The translations under genes and the position numbers were made by a program. Below are positions 24,029-36,430 of a DNA stretch of 41,505 bases, in pieces. Positions within the stretch are counted from its first letter, which is position 1. Every line of letters begins with the position of its first letter. The DNA is from Octopus bimaculoides (lineage: Eukaryota): NCBI RefSeq assembly GCF_001194135.2, contig NC_068981.1:115947934-115989438 (forward strand), written 5' to 3'. The notes beneath the pieces are model-generated. The model was given only the letters and a program-made list of their open reading frames with translations, ran no database searches and was not told the origin of the DNA.

Positions 24029-25610
24029 TACTGAAGAATCCTGATATCTGATTTACGTATATCAACAATGTTATTGCACACGAAAATATCTCCAATACTG
24101 ATATAATGTTCTTAAGGTCCGGTACGTAACCACTTTATCACATTTTAGTCGTTAAGTTTATATTTCACAAATCCTCTCTCGATAGTAATACGAAATTATG
24201 ATACCTAAATTCGGTATATTACATGCTTTCTTTCGATTTTGAACTCAAAAACGTAGAGCCTGATAGTTTACTGGTGTTTGGTGTTGCCATTCCTCTATTC
24301 CAGTTTTGCATAACAAAATGTAAGAAATTGAAAAAAGGAAAATAAACTAAAAGCTGAAGTAAGAACAATCCCGAGAAGAAAAATAACATGATGTGCTTCA
24401 CTGTTTAGTCCGTTCTACAACACAGGTGATTTACATGGACGCAATCACATTTGTGTAATCTGTTTTCTCTTTTATCAAAATATGAATAAATCTTCAAATA
24501 AACAATTTTTCTGGTCAGACTGGCGACAGAGCAAGCATACGTTTGTTATTTATTCACAACGAAATGTTTCAAGGAAAAAAAATGAGAAAAATAAAGAAAA
24601 AATTATGACTATAACCTGCAGACGTTTCTTTTTATTCACTTTTATTTTATTCAAGGAACATGCTGCAGACATGCGCATTGGTGCTATGTCAGCCACTTCA
24701 CATATTTATTTATTCAGTTATATATACATAATAGCCTGTATATATATATATATATATATATGCATATAGATATATATATATATATATNNNNNNNNNNNNN
24801 NNNNNNNNNNNNNNNNNNNNNNNNNNNNNNNNNNNNNNNNNNNNNNNNNNNNNNNNNNNNNNNNNNNNNNNNNNNNNNNNNNNNNNNNNNNNNNNNNNNN
24901 NNNNNNNNNNNNNNNNNNNNNNNNNNNNNNNNNNNNNNNNNNNNNNNNNNNNNNNNNNNNNNNNNNNNNNNNNNNNNNNNNNNNNNNNNNNNNNNNNNNN
25001 NNNNNNNNNNNNNNNNNNNNNNNNNNNNNNNNNNNNNNNNNNNNNNNNNNNNNNNNNNNNNNNNNNNNNNNNNNNNNNNNNNNNNNNNNNNNNNNNNNNN
25101 NNNNNNNNNNNNNNNNNNNNNNNNNNNNNNNNNNNNNNNNNNNNNNNNNNNNNNNNNNNNNNNNNNNNNNNNNNNNNNNNNNNNNNNNNNNNNNNNNNNN
25201 NNNNNNNNNNNNNNNNNNNNNNNNNNNNNNNNNNNNNNNNNNNNNNNNNNNNNNNNNNNNNNNNNNNNNNNNNNNNNNNNNNNNNNNNNNNNNNNNNNNN
25301 NNNNNNNNNNNNNNNNNNNNNNNNNNNNNNNNNNNNNNNNNNNNNNNNNNNNNNNNNNNNNNNNNNNNNNNNNNNNNNNNNNNNNNNNNNNNNNNNNNNN
25401 NNNNNNNNNNNNNNNNNNNNNNNNNNNNNNNNNNNNNNNNNNNNNNNNNNNNNNNNNNNNNNNNNNNNNNNNNNNNNNNNNNNNNNNNNNNNNNNNNNNN
25501 NNNNNNNNNNNNNNNNNNNNNNNNNNNNNNNNNNNNNNNNNNNNNNNNNNNNNNNNNNNNNNNNNNNNNNNNNNNNNNNNNNNNNNNNNNNNNNNNNNNN
25601 NNNNNNNNNN

Positions 25611-25647
<37 letters not shown>

Positions 25648-28204
25648 CAGACATACGGCAATAAATAGTTTCATCATGGCCCATCTTTCCAAATGTTCCC
25701 TTCGATGAGAAGTGTTTCATGTTTCTTCTTTCCTTCCTTCCTTTTTTTATCCTTTCACCGCTACTTCATCGTATCAACATTGTCAGGTGCCGAAACTAGT
25801 GAGTACTTACAGCTGTCTCTATACCAGAGTAAGGCACGCGGTTTGTGCTGGAAGGGACGCAAGACAAATATAATGCTGTCGGCTACCATCACTACCACAT
25901 TACTTTCTACACCCTTTCAACGGCAAACACACGCATATCATATGCACGCACATACACACACACTCACATGCCTACACTCACACAAATACTTACGTATACA
26001 CACATATAATTGTGCACAACAATATATTCATCCCACATATACACGCACACATGCATACACAAACCCTAAACAAACATCAAAACACCCAAGTAAAACACAC
26101 CCAATTTATTTGAAACTACCATAAAAATGAACTACAAACCAAACAGTTTATTAAAAAAAACACTCCACTTCACTGCATGAAAACATAAACTGAATGTAAT
26201 ATGCAATAATGATTTATATTTTTTATTGGTGCATTCAGATAACGTATGAATGTGAATTAATGGCCGAAAGGAAATCGATTGGATCAATCAACCTTAATTA
26301 TTTTATCGACCGTATACGGTTACGGTAGAATTGAACTCAGAACTTAAGTTATAACTTAAGTTATAATGATTTTCCTAAGTTACTTTCTCTAAATTGTTGA
26401 TGAAGATTATTCTCCACTGATGAGGTCATAATAAACTTGAAACTTGTCCAAAGTTGTCTCTTTTGAGAGACAAAATGACTAAAATAATTGTTCGTTTTTG
26501 TTTACAAATAATATATTTTTTGAAATTTGTTTGAAAGAATATTACGACATAATTATATTTCATTCACTTTAAATTGTTGATTATTCCATAACTTCTGTAT
26601 TAAATATGTTCCCGTATCTTCATTAAGACATACAACTCCTGCGGTTTCTACTTTGTGTTGAAGAGAATGGGCCCAGAAATGTTAGTTTTGCCACTCCTCA
26701 CACCAGTTGATTAACAGACTTCAAAACCTACTTTTCGTGTGTTGTTATCGGCTCAAACTTTCAGAATTTTTACGGATTCAGATATTGTTTTATTTTAACA
26801 CTAACTTAACTATTGCTTTTAATATGGATACTACACTGTGTTATAAGAATATATTTGGGCAGTGCTTTGTTTTCATTTTATTACAAGGCTATAGATTTTC
26901 AGGAAAAATCGAATCCAGAACTTAGTTGATATTAACCAAGACGGAACATATAAAGTAATAAGTCAAAAACAGGGACAGTTAATACAGGAAAACAAAGTAT
27001 TTAGTCCAGCTTTGTGACCTTTTTTTTTATTATTCTGTTAAACTTTAACATCATTGATTTCCTACAAGGCCAGAAAATTGAAGATAAAGGACAGAATGAA
27101 AATAAGTGTTGTGCCTTTAATTAATAAAACCAAAATTTACCTGCTGTTGAGTTAGAAAAGGCAAAGTTGAATCTCGAGTGATTTGAAATCAGGATACAAT
27201 TGCGAGTAGCTAAACATATAAAAACTGTGGCCGAGTGAACCGTTTAGCAACCATGTGGTCTTGTTTCTGAGTTACTCTAGAATTTGGTGAATGAAAATAT
27301 GGGGAAGCTCATCAGTTGTATGTTTGTGTGTATGTGTGTATGTGTGTGTGCGCACAAGTATACATAAGCATATATTCGTATAAATACATGTATAGAAATA
27401 TAGCTATGCGCATACACATGCACATACAAAAACACACACATAAAAACAAACACACGCAAACATACATACGCATACACACATACACGCAAACGCACACATA
27501 CACACACACACTCACACACAGGAACTCACAACTCTCCAACCATAATTAGAAATTTTGTATCCGACAATTTTCGAGTTACTTACCTAGGGATATTTTCATT
27601 ATATCATCCCACTTTTGGAATAACACACTAGGTAGAGAGGTTTTCATTATACCCTAGTATACATGTAATATCCCCTACGTAGGAAGAACTAGGAACAAGA
27701 AGGAAATCTGATATAGTTCACCTTATAATATGTATCGGGACTTACATATCTCTGGTTAGACAACGCTTTTTCCCCCACACGCAAATAAAATAAGTTTTAT
27801 TAATACTTATAGCAAACATGTTTTTCTTCCCTGACTAATATTGTTTCTCAATAGTCAAACTGAAATCTAAAATGTTCCCCAATGTTACAAACACCAAGTT
27901 GTAAGTCATGAAATTCTTCCATTTGTCCGTTACGATTGGCAAACCCAACCACCGTACCACGAACTAGTACCACGCCGCACAGGAAGAATACACTTTTGAA
28001 GTTTTTTTCTAATTTATTGACCGTTGCAGTTTGCAGAGTATTTTTGTATCCTTTATGCATTATCTATATGTATGTGTATGTGTAAAATATATATTATGTA
28101 ATGTTTATCTATCTAGCTATCTACTTATCCTTTTGTAAAGTATGAGTATTATAAATGTTATAATTAAGTTATGTATTATATATTTCATTGTGTTTTGTCC
28201 CTTT

Positions 28205-28244
28205 AAAAACCGGTGCATGGTGCAAAAGAGGTTGAGGACCGCTG
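28205..28244 (+). mobile_element. hAT-Charlie-like right terminus (orphan)
   Basis: AAAAACCGGTGCATGGTGCAAAAGAGGTTGAGGACCGCTG resembles the MER1/Charlie terminal consensus ..AAACCGGTCCCTGGTGCCAAAAAGGTTGGGGACCGCTG. No matching left end was found. Confidence 0.55.
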
Positions 28245-28399
28245 AATAAGATGATCAAGTTTCTAAAAGCGATGGTATATGGTTTTATAATATAGTATAT
28301 AATGTCTTATTATAACATAATATATTATATTATATAATGTTATATTATATGATGTTATATTATATTATATATTGTTTTACTATATTATTATATATTATA

Positions 28400-29154
28400 C
28401 AGAGGCGACTCCAGGTCATCAGCGTCACTCTGACTCATCACAAATGTCGCATAAGACACGTGCCTGCTCGAAGAACTTCACGTTATTGTTTTTTTTTCTA
28501 GCTCCAAATGGCTTATTTTTTATATCTAGCACTACGTCTTTACCCATTTCTAAGATAAGGGTTAACATAAAGCAACCCTGTCAAAACGCAACTGATCTTA
28601 GCACACAGATGCACAGAATAACAGAGATCAAATAACGACAGCGGTGTGCACAACAAACATCTGCGATCTAACTGTCGTCTGTACTCTTGACAAGAGATGC
28701 CAGTTAGGTTTTTACACCTACTAAGCTCGTTCGTATTAGCCCGAGTTGCTGGATAAATTTTTGTTCCTTTAAGAATATTGTAGAACGGAATCTTTTCATA
28801 GTTTGGAATTTAAATACTAATCCCTATAGAAATTTATTGCTTCAAGAAATCATTGAATTTGAATTACTTTTTATTTTTACGATTATAGATAACAACTCGG
28901 GCTGTAACTCCCGAGCCCGAGTCAGGCGCGTGTGAACAATGTCGATAGAACGTCTGCTACGAATAATATTTTTTGACACAAGGCACTTCTAAGATACCGC
29001 CAGACGCTGATCGAAAATAAATGAACTGTGACCAGGCTCAAATAAAGGAGCTCGAGTTATTAGCTCGAGTCAGTGTTGCTAGAAATTAAGTCAGCTTGAA
29101 AATACACGTTCACTTTACTAAGCCCGAACAAGCTGAGTGTAGGAGTCGCCACTG
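28400..29154. mobile_element. Non-autonomous hAT-type element (MITE), 755 bp
   Basis: 13-bp TIRs CAGAGGCGACTCC (28400-28412) and GGAGTCGCCACTG (29142-29154), 12/13 match. An identical 8-bp flank ATATTATA at 28392-28399 and 29155-29162 fits the 8-bp TSD typical of hAT. Internal CTCGAG/CCCGAG/AGCTCG motifs recur. Confidence 0.8.
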
Positions 29155-29296
29155 ATATTATATTATATTATAATACCTCCTGATGGCATGGTGTTCGTAT
29201 TAACTTACCGTGGCTCATCATATGTATTTTATTCGACAGATTTGTAAACTTGTTGACCACAGATACAAACATGTCGTACAATCGTGGGACATCGTG

Positions 29297-29339
29297 GCAC
29301 GAAACTACAGGCACGAAACTACAGAGCACGAAACTACAG
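29297..29339 (+). repeat. Three tandem copies of GCACGAAACTACAG
   Basis: Copies at 29297-29310, 29311-29324 and 29326-29339. Confidence 0.95.
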
Positions 29340-31157
29340 GCTATACTCGACAAAGAGACTCCTGATTCCACAACAACTATGAATATCTCTGAACAGGAAA
29401 TTCAGAGTACTACTTTTTTTGTTTGTTTAATTTTGCTGTCATAGAAGGAATTCCTTCCGAACAACTGCTACACCCATGAATTCTCACAAAACTAACCGAA
29501 CGTCAAATCTTTCACATTTAATATAGCAGCCAAAGTCAACAAAGCCAGCCAATACTATATTGGCTTTTTTTGCATCACAGACCACACTTGACTTTCACGA
29601 ATCAATGAAAATTGGTTTGACTGTCGTCCTTTCAATAGGTCTCTTCTCAACACAACGGTTTAGTCAGTATTGCATAATCTCGTGAAGACGTACAAGTAAA
29701 ATGTAGTGGATCATAAAATGATTCTAAATATACGTACACACACACACACACACACACACACANNNNNNNNNNNNNNNNNNNNNNNNNNNNNNNNNNNNNN
29801 NNNNNNNNNNNNNNNNNNNNNNNNNNNNNNNNNNNNNNNNNNNNNNNNNNNNNNNNNNNNNNNNNNNNNNNNNNNNNNNNNNNNNNNNNNNNNNNNNNNN
29901 NNNNNNNNNNNNNNNNNNNNNNNNNNNNNNNNNNNNNNNNNNNNNNNNNNNNNNNNNNNNNNNNNNNNNNNNNNNNNNNNNNNNNNNNNNNNNNNNNNNN
30001 NNNNNNNNNNNNNNNNNNNNNNNNNNNNNNNNNNNNNNNNNNNNNNNNNNNNNNNNNNNNNNNNNNNNNNNNNNNNNNNNNNNNNNNNNNNNNNNNNNNN
30101 NNNNNNNNNNNNNNNNNNNNNNNNNNNNNNNNNNNNNNNNNNNNNNNNNNNNNNNNNNNNNNNNNNNNNNNNNNNNNNNNNNNNNNNNNNNNNNNNNNNN
30201 NNNNNNNNNNNNNNNNNNNNNNNNNNNATATATATATCGTTCAACTACGGTAGTAGTTGAATAACATTCTTAAGTCCGCAAATTACTCACACGCAGAACC
30301 TTTCAGAGCTTGTCGCCAATCCACTTCTTAACCAAATTGAATATTGTTAACATTTCTGAACAGGACATGCTCATAACTACGTTTTGGCATAAAAAAATTG
30401 AGAATTGTTCCAGGAGAAAAAGTTTACATCAAAATTTGTAGCAACATTATAGGAGAGTAAGTAACGCCACTAATCAAGTTTAGATCTAAATAACTTCTTT
30501 TATTTTAAAAGCAATATATATTCATCTTAGCTTGAATGATAGAAGAAAGCATGAAAAATTTCATAGTTTTGTTCCCATACAACAAAAAAGTTGTATCAAA
30601 CAAGTTGAGCTAAAATATCATGAAAAAACGTAAGGAAAAATTAGATTTAAGTATAATTAACTATTTTATTTTAAAAACAAACTATATTCTAATTTAGCTT
30701 ACATGATAGAGCTCAATTCGAGGAATTTCATGGTATCAATCTCATGCAATGAAGTTTTAAAAGAAAATAAGTTATGAGTGTTTCTTTCTCAAATTTGAGC
30801 GTGATAATATAGTCATCGGCATCATTGAGGTAAGGAAAAAATTATCAACCACACCGCTAATTGAAACATTTGACACATTATTAATTAGCATAATAGCATA
30901 GCCTGGAATAAAAACATGAATTACATGGAAAAATAATATTCTTAAGATTATAAACTTGGAAAAGTTCAGGACAGCTTTTTACATCTGGTAAAGTACAGAA
31001 CAAGAAAAGTCTTACTTAAAATATTGCAGCTAAGGATAAAATTTGAATATTAAAAATTATTTGATTTTAATTTACAAAGTAACGTTATAATTAAAAAAGG
31101 TACCATCATTTTGTGAAAATATCGACACACTAAAATACTAAAAAAACGAGAGCCAGA

Positions 31158-31195
31158 AGTACCAATATAGCTAAAGTTTTAGCTATATTGGTACT
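31158..31195. repeat. Perfect inverted repeat, 18-bp arms and 2-nt centre
   Basis: AGTACCAATATAGCTAAA-GT-TTTAGCTATATTGGTACT. Confidence 0.97.
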
Positions 31196-32363
31196 ATAAT
31201 AGTATATATGGTTGGCAAATTCTTTATGTAAAAAATAGGCATTGGCTCAAGGCTAAAAATGTGAAAACCTAGCAATAACTTAGGTAATGACTCGAGCAAA
31301 TTTTACTGTGAGTTTGTTGTTATAGGTCTATTTATTGTATTAACTAATTTTGTACTACTATTATTTTTTATAACCAATTTTCAAATTTCTAATTATCAAT
31401 TAGTAATTTTAAAAAATGAATTTTTCTAAAGTGCAAAAAATATTTTGAGTTATTGTTTTTATTTTTAATAGAAGTAACAAGTAATAACAACTAGAAGTAA
31501 TAATTTGTAATAACATTTTTAGTTTTAATAAAAGCTAATGTTTTCTGAATCTAAATATTTTATTTTAAATTTTATCCTTTTCTGCAATATTTTTGTCTTG
31601 TTCTGTACTTTACCAAATGTATTAAGTTGTCCTGAACTTTNNNNNNNNNNNNNNNNNNNNNNNNNNNNNNNNNNNNNNNNNNNNNNNNNNNNNNNNNNNN
31701 NNNNNNNNNNNNNNNNNNNNNNNNNNNNNNNNNNNNNNNNNNNNNNNNNNNNNNNNNNNNNNNNNNNNNNNNNNNNNNNNNNNNNNNNNNNNNNNNNNNN
31801 NNNNNNNNNNNNNNNNNNNNNNNNNNNNNNNNNNNNNNNNNNNNNNNNNNNNNNNNNNNNNNNNNNNNNNNNNNNNNNNNNNNNNNNNNNNNNNNNNNNN
31901 NNNNNNNNNNNNNNNNNNNNNNNNNNNNNNNNNNNNNNNNNNNNNNNNNNNNNNNNNNNNNNNNNNNNNNNNNNNNNNNNNNNNNNNNNNNNNNNNNNNN
32001 NNNNNNNNNNNNNNNNNNNNNNNNNNNNNNNNNNNNNNNNNNNNNNNNNNNNNNNNNNNNNNNNNNNNNNNNNNNNNNNNNNNNNNNNNNNNNNNNNNNN
32101 NNNNNNNNNNNNNNNNNNNNNNNNNNNNNNNNNNNNNNNNNNNNNNNNNNNNNNNNNNNNNNNNNNNNNNNNNNNNNNNNNNNNNNNNNNNNNNNNNNNN
32201 NNNNNNNNNNNNNNNNNNNNNNNNNNNNNNNNNNNNNNNNNNNNNNNNNNNNNNNNNNNNNNNNNNNNNNNNNNNNNNNNNNNNNNNNNNNNNNNNNNNN
32301 NNNNNNNNNNNNNNNNNNNNNNNNNNNNNNNNNNNNNNNNNNNNNNNNNNNNNNNNNNNNNNN

Positions 32364-32415
<52 letters not shown>

Positions 32416-32446
32416 TGATACATTGATACATAGATACATACATACA

Positions 32447-32478
<32 letters not shown>

Positions 32479-32559
32479 CATGTGTGTGTGTGTATGTATA
32501 CATACTCCACCATGACCACAGCCGCATGGCTGAAAAGAATAAAAGAAATATATATGTAT

Positions 32560-32768
32560 GCGTTTGTATTTATGCCTGTGTCTGTCCCCAACACCGCTTG
32601 ACAACCGGTCTTGATTTGTTCATGTGCTCGTAACTCACCGGTTCTACAAACACAGACAGATAGAATTAATACCAGGCTGAAAAAAAATAAATGTCGATTA
32701 AAATCCTTTAAGATGGTGCCCCAGCATGGCCATAGTCCAATGTGAGAAACAAGTAAAAGATAAAAGAC
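32560..32768 (+). mobile_element. SINE family B, 3' half
   Basis: CCGCTTGACAACCGG..GATGGTGCCCCAGCATGGCCATAGTCCAATG..GAAACAAGTAAAAGATAAAAGA. Confidence 0.82.
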
Positions 32769-33169
32769 GAAAGATAAACTCACCAGCTGGATTGTACCTA
32801 GACTTCATAGAATACAGTTCTGTTGCATACTTGCGTCGTGTCGATTTATGCTTGAGAAATGTATCAATGGTACATGTTTTTGACGAACGCTCAAGTTACA
32901 CGAAAATTCAAGAGCACGAAATTTAGTTGATCGAGCAACTAAATCCAACCCACCTCCACACTGCTTCCTATAACAATATTTCAATGTTTTCTGTAGTAAG
33001 AAGATAAAGTTGCAGATAATTAACTGGGTGTGTATGAATGACCAAAGACACAAACACTGAGATCTAATGATATATATTATCCTTATAAAAATAGTAGTAA
33101 AATGAAAGTATATTTTTATTGGTTACAATGACTGTATCATGTACACACACACACCTCCGTTGGTATATA

Positions 33170-34075
33170 AATGCCTCTCTCAGAATGAAAGGCAGATTGT
33201 ATGACACCTATGTATAAATAATTATATAAATGTGAAAATTGGGCTGTAAACGTAGATGACATACTGAAACAAGAAAGAATGAAACGCGTATCCTCTGATG
33301 GATGTTCATTGTCAGTGTGCATGTATGACAAAATACAGATGTATTTAGAGAAAAATTGGACATAAGAGACATCAAATGTAATATACAGGCGAGAATATTA
33401 CACTCGTATGATCTTGTAATGCTGATGGATAAGGACAGTTGTATAAAGAAGTGTCGATCGATAAACGTGGAAAGAACATGTGGCAGAAGTAGACTAGGAA
33501 GACGTTGAACGAAGAGTTGAAGACAGATTTCGAGATGCTAAGCCTTTCTGAGATGACTGCGGACTGAAATGAATGGCATTACCCTGTGTTTGAGAAGACC
33601 CATCCATCTCAGCAAAATTGAGGTTCTGTCAAGCCTTCTCCCACAACTCATCTTGCATTTACTTCTCTTCCTGCTACACTGAACTGATATCCTCTGCGTA
33701 CGACTCATTCCGTATCTCTAATCCTTTGTCACACTATTTTCATTCACTGCACTTCCAACTCTCACTATATTCACTCTGTACCCGGACGTCATACGTCTTT
33801 CTCTTTCGCTTTCCAGGTCGGCCAGCTATGTATTCACCTCTTCAACACGATACCTGCACCTCTCCCTCTATCATTGTTTCTTTCTTCAGTTTATACCCCA
33901 TTTTCAATTGAGAGGTCTTAACTTGCGGGTACATGGCGACTTCACCGATGCTGGTGCCCAGTAAAAAGCACTCAGTGCACTTGGTTAAGTGATTGGCGTT
34001 AGGAAGGGTATCAAACTTAGAAACCATACTAAATCAGCCATAAAACATGGTGGCGCCTTCTGGTTCATCTGTTCT
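33170..34075 (+). mobile_element. RTE-clade LINE 3' end (ORF C-terminus plus 3' UTR), decayed
   Basis: Translation across lesions gives SLRMKGRLYD..WAVNVDD..ERNETRIL*WM..VFREKLDIRDIKCNIQAR..DKDSCIKKCRSINVERTCGR.R.RKT, matching the RTE C-terminal GRGRPRKTW pattern (to about 33600). A pyrimidine-rich UTR and tail ..TGGCGTTAGGAAGGGTATC follow. Confidence 0.82.
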
Positions 34076-34140
34076 TCTCAAACCATCTATTCCTTGTCAG
34101 GGACGTTAATTGATGATGATACATGTTATGTTTTTGCGTA

Positions 34141-34608
34141 TCTTTTATCTTTTATCTTTTACTTGTTTCAGTGATTAAAGTGTCATGCTGGGGCTCCGTC
34201 TTGAAGAATTTCAGTTGAACGAATCGATCCCAGTAGGTTTTTAACGCTTAGTACTTCTCTTATCGGTCGCTTTGCAGAACTGCTAATTTACGGGGACGTA
34301 AACACACCAACACCGATTGTCAAGCGGTAATAGGATACAAACACAAAGACGAACACACGTGTATATCGTTGACCTAACACCATTCAATTTTTTTTCTCCG
34401 TGTTTTTCTCCTTGTTTCTCCGTATTCTTTCTGTTGAAGAGCGTAGCTCGAAACGTTAAAGACTTTCCGTATTCCCGAACGTCATACTAATACATCCTTT
34501 TGTTGTTTACACCACCTGTCCTCGTCTGTTGTTGTTTTTTTTCGTACATTCTCNNNNNNNNNNNNNNNNNNNNNNNNNNNNNNNNNNNNNNNNNNNNNNN
34601 NNNNNNNN

Positions 34609-34642
<34 letters not shown>

Positions 34643-34798
34643 GACGGTCTATTTTCAGTTTCTGTCTTTTAAATTCACTCACAATGCTTTAATTGACCCG
34701 AAGATGTACCAGCAGATACTTGTCCAAAGTGCGACGGAGTGGGACTGAACCCCGAACTATGTTGTTGTGGAGCGAACCTCTTACCACACAACTACGCC
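34141..34798 (-). mobile_element. SINE family B split at its internal (TA)n: 3' half 34141-34352, 5' half 34643-34798
   Basis: Both halves are reverse complements of the 13756 copy, in the correct order. They are separated by a foreign segment (34375-34553), an N-gap and (TA)n. Confidence 0.85.
34426..34462 (+). ncRNA. Minimal type I hammerhead-ribozyme-like motif within a probable PLE terminal (pLTR) fragment
   Basis: TCTTT (stem I) - CTGTTGA-A (core, A6 to U, extra A) - GAGC/GTA/GCTC (stem II) - GAA - ACGT (self-complementary stem III, dimer type) - T - AAAGA (stem I'). PLE terminal repeats are known to carry minimal hammerheads. Confidence 0.6.
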
Positions 34799-35242
34799 AA
34801 TATGGAATTCATGTATGTATGTATGTATGTATGCATGTATGTATGTATGCATGTATTAGAAAATTACAGAAATACGTGTGTAATATATTTTATATCTAGA
34901 CAATTACGGACAACTAGGAGTATGACAACAGTCGGTAGATTGCAGTTCACAGATTCATGTATGTCTCGGGCAGGCAAACCTCCAGGACGAGCGGCTTTAT
35001 TCTATTACCGTCACTTAGTTGTATTCCTGTTCAAAACACATAACTGTCAAACGTTTATCTTTGTATTTCTGAGACAAAGTTTAGTACTGATACTTTAGTT
35101 AGGCAAGTTACTTTAGCCATGTTAGTTTCGTTGTATATCCCCAGGCCAATTGAACTGATTGAACTGAAATATAATGAAACTTAGAATACTCAAACTCTTT
35201 ATAGGGGTATATCTAACGAATTTTCTCGCGAGGAGATGCTTA

Positions 35243-35460
35243 AGGCAGCGAGCTGGCAGATTTGTTAGCACACCGGGAAAAATGCTAAGCGGCATTTTGT
35301 TCGTCTTTACATTGTGAGTTCAAATCCTGCCGAGGTCGACTTTGCCTTTCATCCTCTCGGAGATCGATAAAATAAGTACCAGTTGAGCACTGAGGTCGAT
35401 GTAATCGGTTTACCCCCTCCCTCGAAATTGTTGGCCTTGAGCCAAAATTCTGAACCAATA
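35243..35460 (+). mobile_element. Full-length SINE family A
   Basis: AGGCAGCGAGCTGGCAGA..GAGTTCAAATCCTGCCGAGGTCGACTTTGCCTTTCATCC..GATAAAATAAGTACCAGTTGAGCACTGAGGTCGATGTAATCG. Confidence 0.92.
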
Positions 35461-36149
35461 TTTAATTTGCTTAAAACTGTTATGTGTTATCATAGAGTTT
35501 AACTTAATTACTTCTACATTGACTGGATCGTTTGACAGTTATGGGTTCTAGACTCGAATATAACTAATTTGCAAAAATAGAATAAAAACCGCCGAGCTGG
35601 CGGTTTGCCCGAGACTCAAATAAATCTGCCAACTGCACTCTACCTACTATTGTCATACACCTGGGCGTCTGTACAAGTTTGGATATAAAATATATTACAC
35701 ATGTATTTTATGTAAATTTTTAATATAATTTAGACGTATGCAATCAGCTGCACAAACATGTAGCAAATAAGTAAACGAGAAGTTCGAACTGTTAGAAATA
35801 GAAAAGAATTACTTTCGAAAGCTCGATTAACTGATCTACCTGTTTATTGAATAAACATATGAATGGCTGAGTATTTCACAGACACTTGTGTCCTTCATAC
35901 TATTCTCGGGTCGAATCAGAATTACATGGTGTGACATAAATGTACCTTTCAATTCAATGTACCTTTCATCCGATTGGCTCCACACATTTCCATCTCCCAA
36001 TTTCATAGTTTCATCCATAAGCGCGGGTAGATGTGACACTATGGCAAAAAAAAAAATGTAGTTTTTCATGATGCTACGAAGTGGAATCGAAACCTAGGAA
36101 TTGCGATTGCGACGGAATGTTTTCTTCTTGAATAATATGGTGTTTGAAA

Positions 36150-36430
36150 CACTCAACATGTAAAAGCATTGCGTTGGTCATGTTGGAACAGTCTTGAGAA
36201 TATGTTCATTTGATCATATAAGCTAACGGAGGAGACTATGCAGTCATTCGACAGGGCAGAAGTAGCAATCATTTCCTTTCAAATAACACCCCAACCAACT
36301 TTTAAAATGTAGGTTGATATTAGATCATGCCTGAAAATAATCTATTCCAAACTGGATGGTCACGTTTGGAATGCCTTTGATCGTGTGTTTGTTCGTTCAT
36401 AATTGACATAGAGCTAAACAACAACAGCAA
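36150..36430 (+). mobile_element. Diverged SINE-like element, family C, with (AAC)n tail
   Basis: Similar to 20330-20660 and ends GAGCTAAACAACAACAGC. Confidence 0.55.

Noticed and set aside
26341-26362. 22-bp perfect palindrome AACTTAAGTTATAACTTAAGTT
   Set aside because: It is explained by tandem duplication of a 12-nt AT-rich, self-complementary unit.
26411-26460. CTGATGAGGTCATAATAAACTTGAAAC hammerhead-like string
   Set aside because: Stem II pairs poorly, and the sequence after the putative cleavage site does not pair with the 5' stem I.
29297-29339. CRISPR-like direct repeats
   Set aside because: The units are contiguous 14-mers without spacers, there are no cas genes, and the context is eukaryotic.
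977-32783. Long ORFs in the supplied track (for example 977-1696, 12492-13229, 24710-25720, 31572-32783)
   Set aside because: They are open only because they cross N-gaps and stop-free microsatellites, giving YIYI, MYVC and HTHT peptides.
3141-35460. tRNA genes at the SINE heads
   Set aside because: A/B-box-like motifs are present, but there is no cloverleaf, and each continues into a SINE body.
35586-35606. Rho-independent terminator reading of the hairpin plus T-run
   Set aside because: There is no bacterial gene context, and the flanking sequence is SINE-rich animal DNA.
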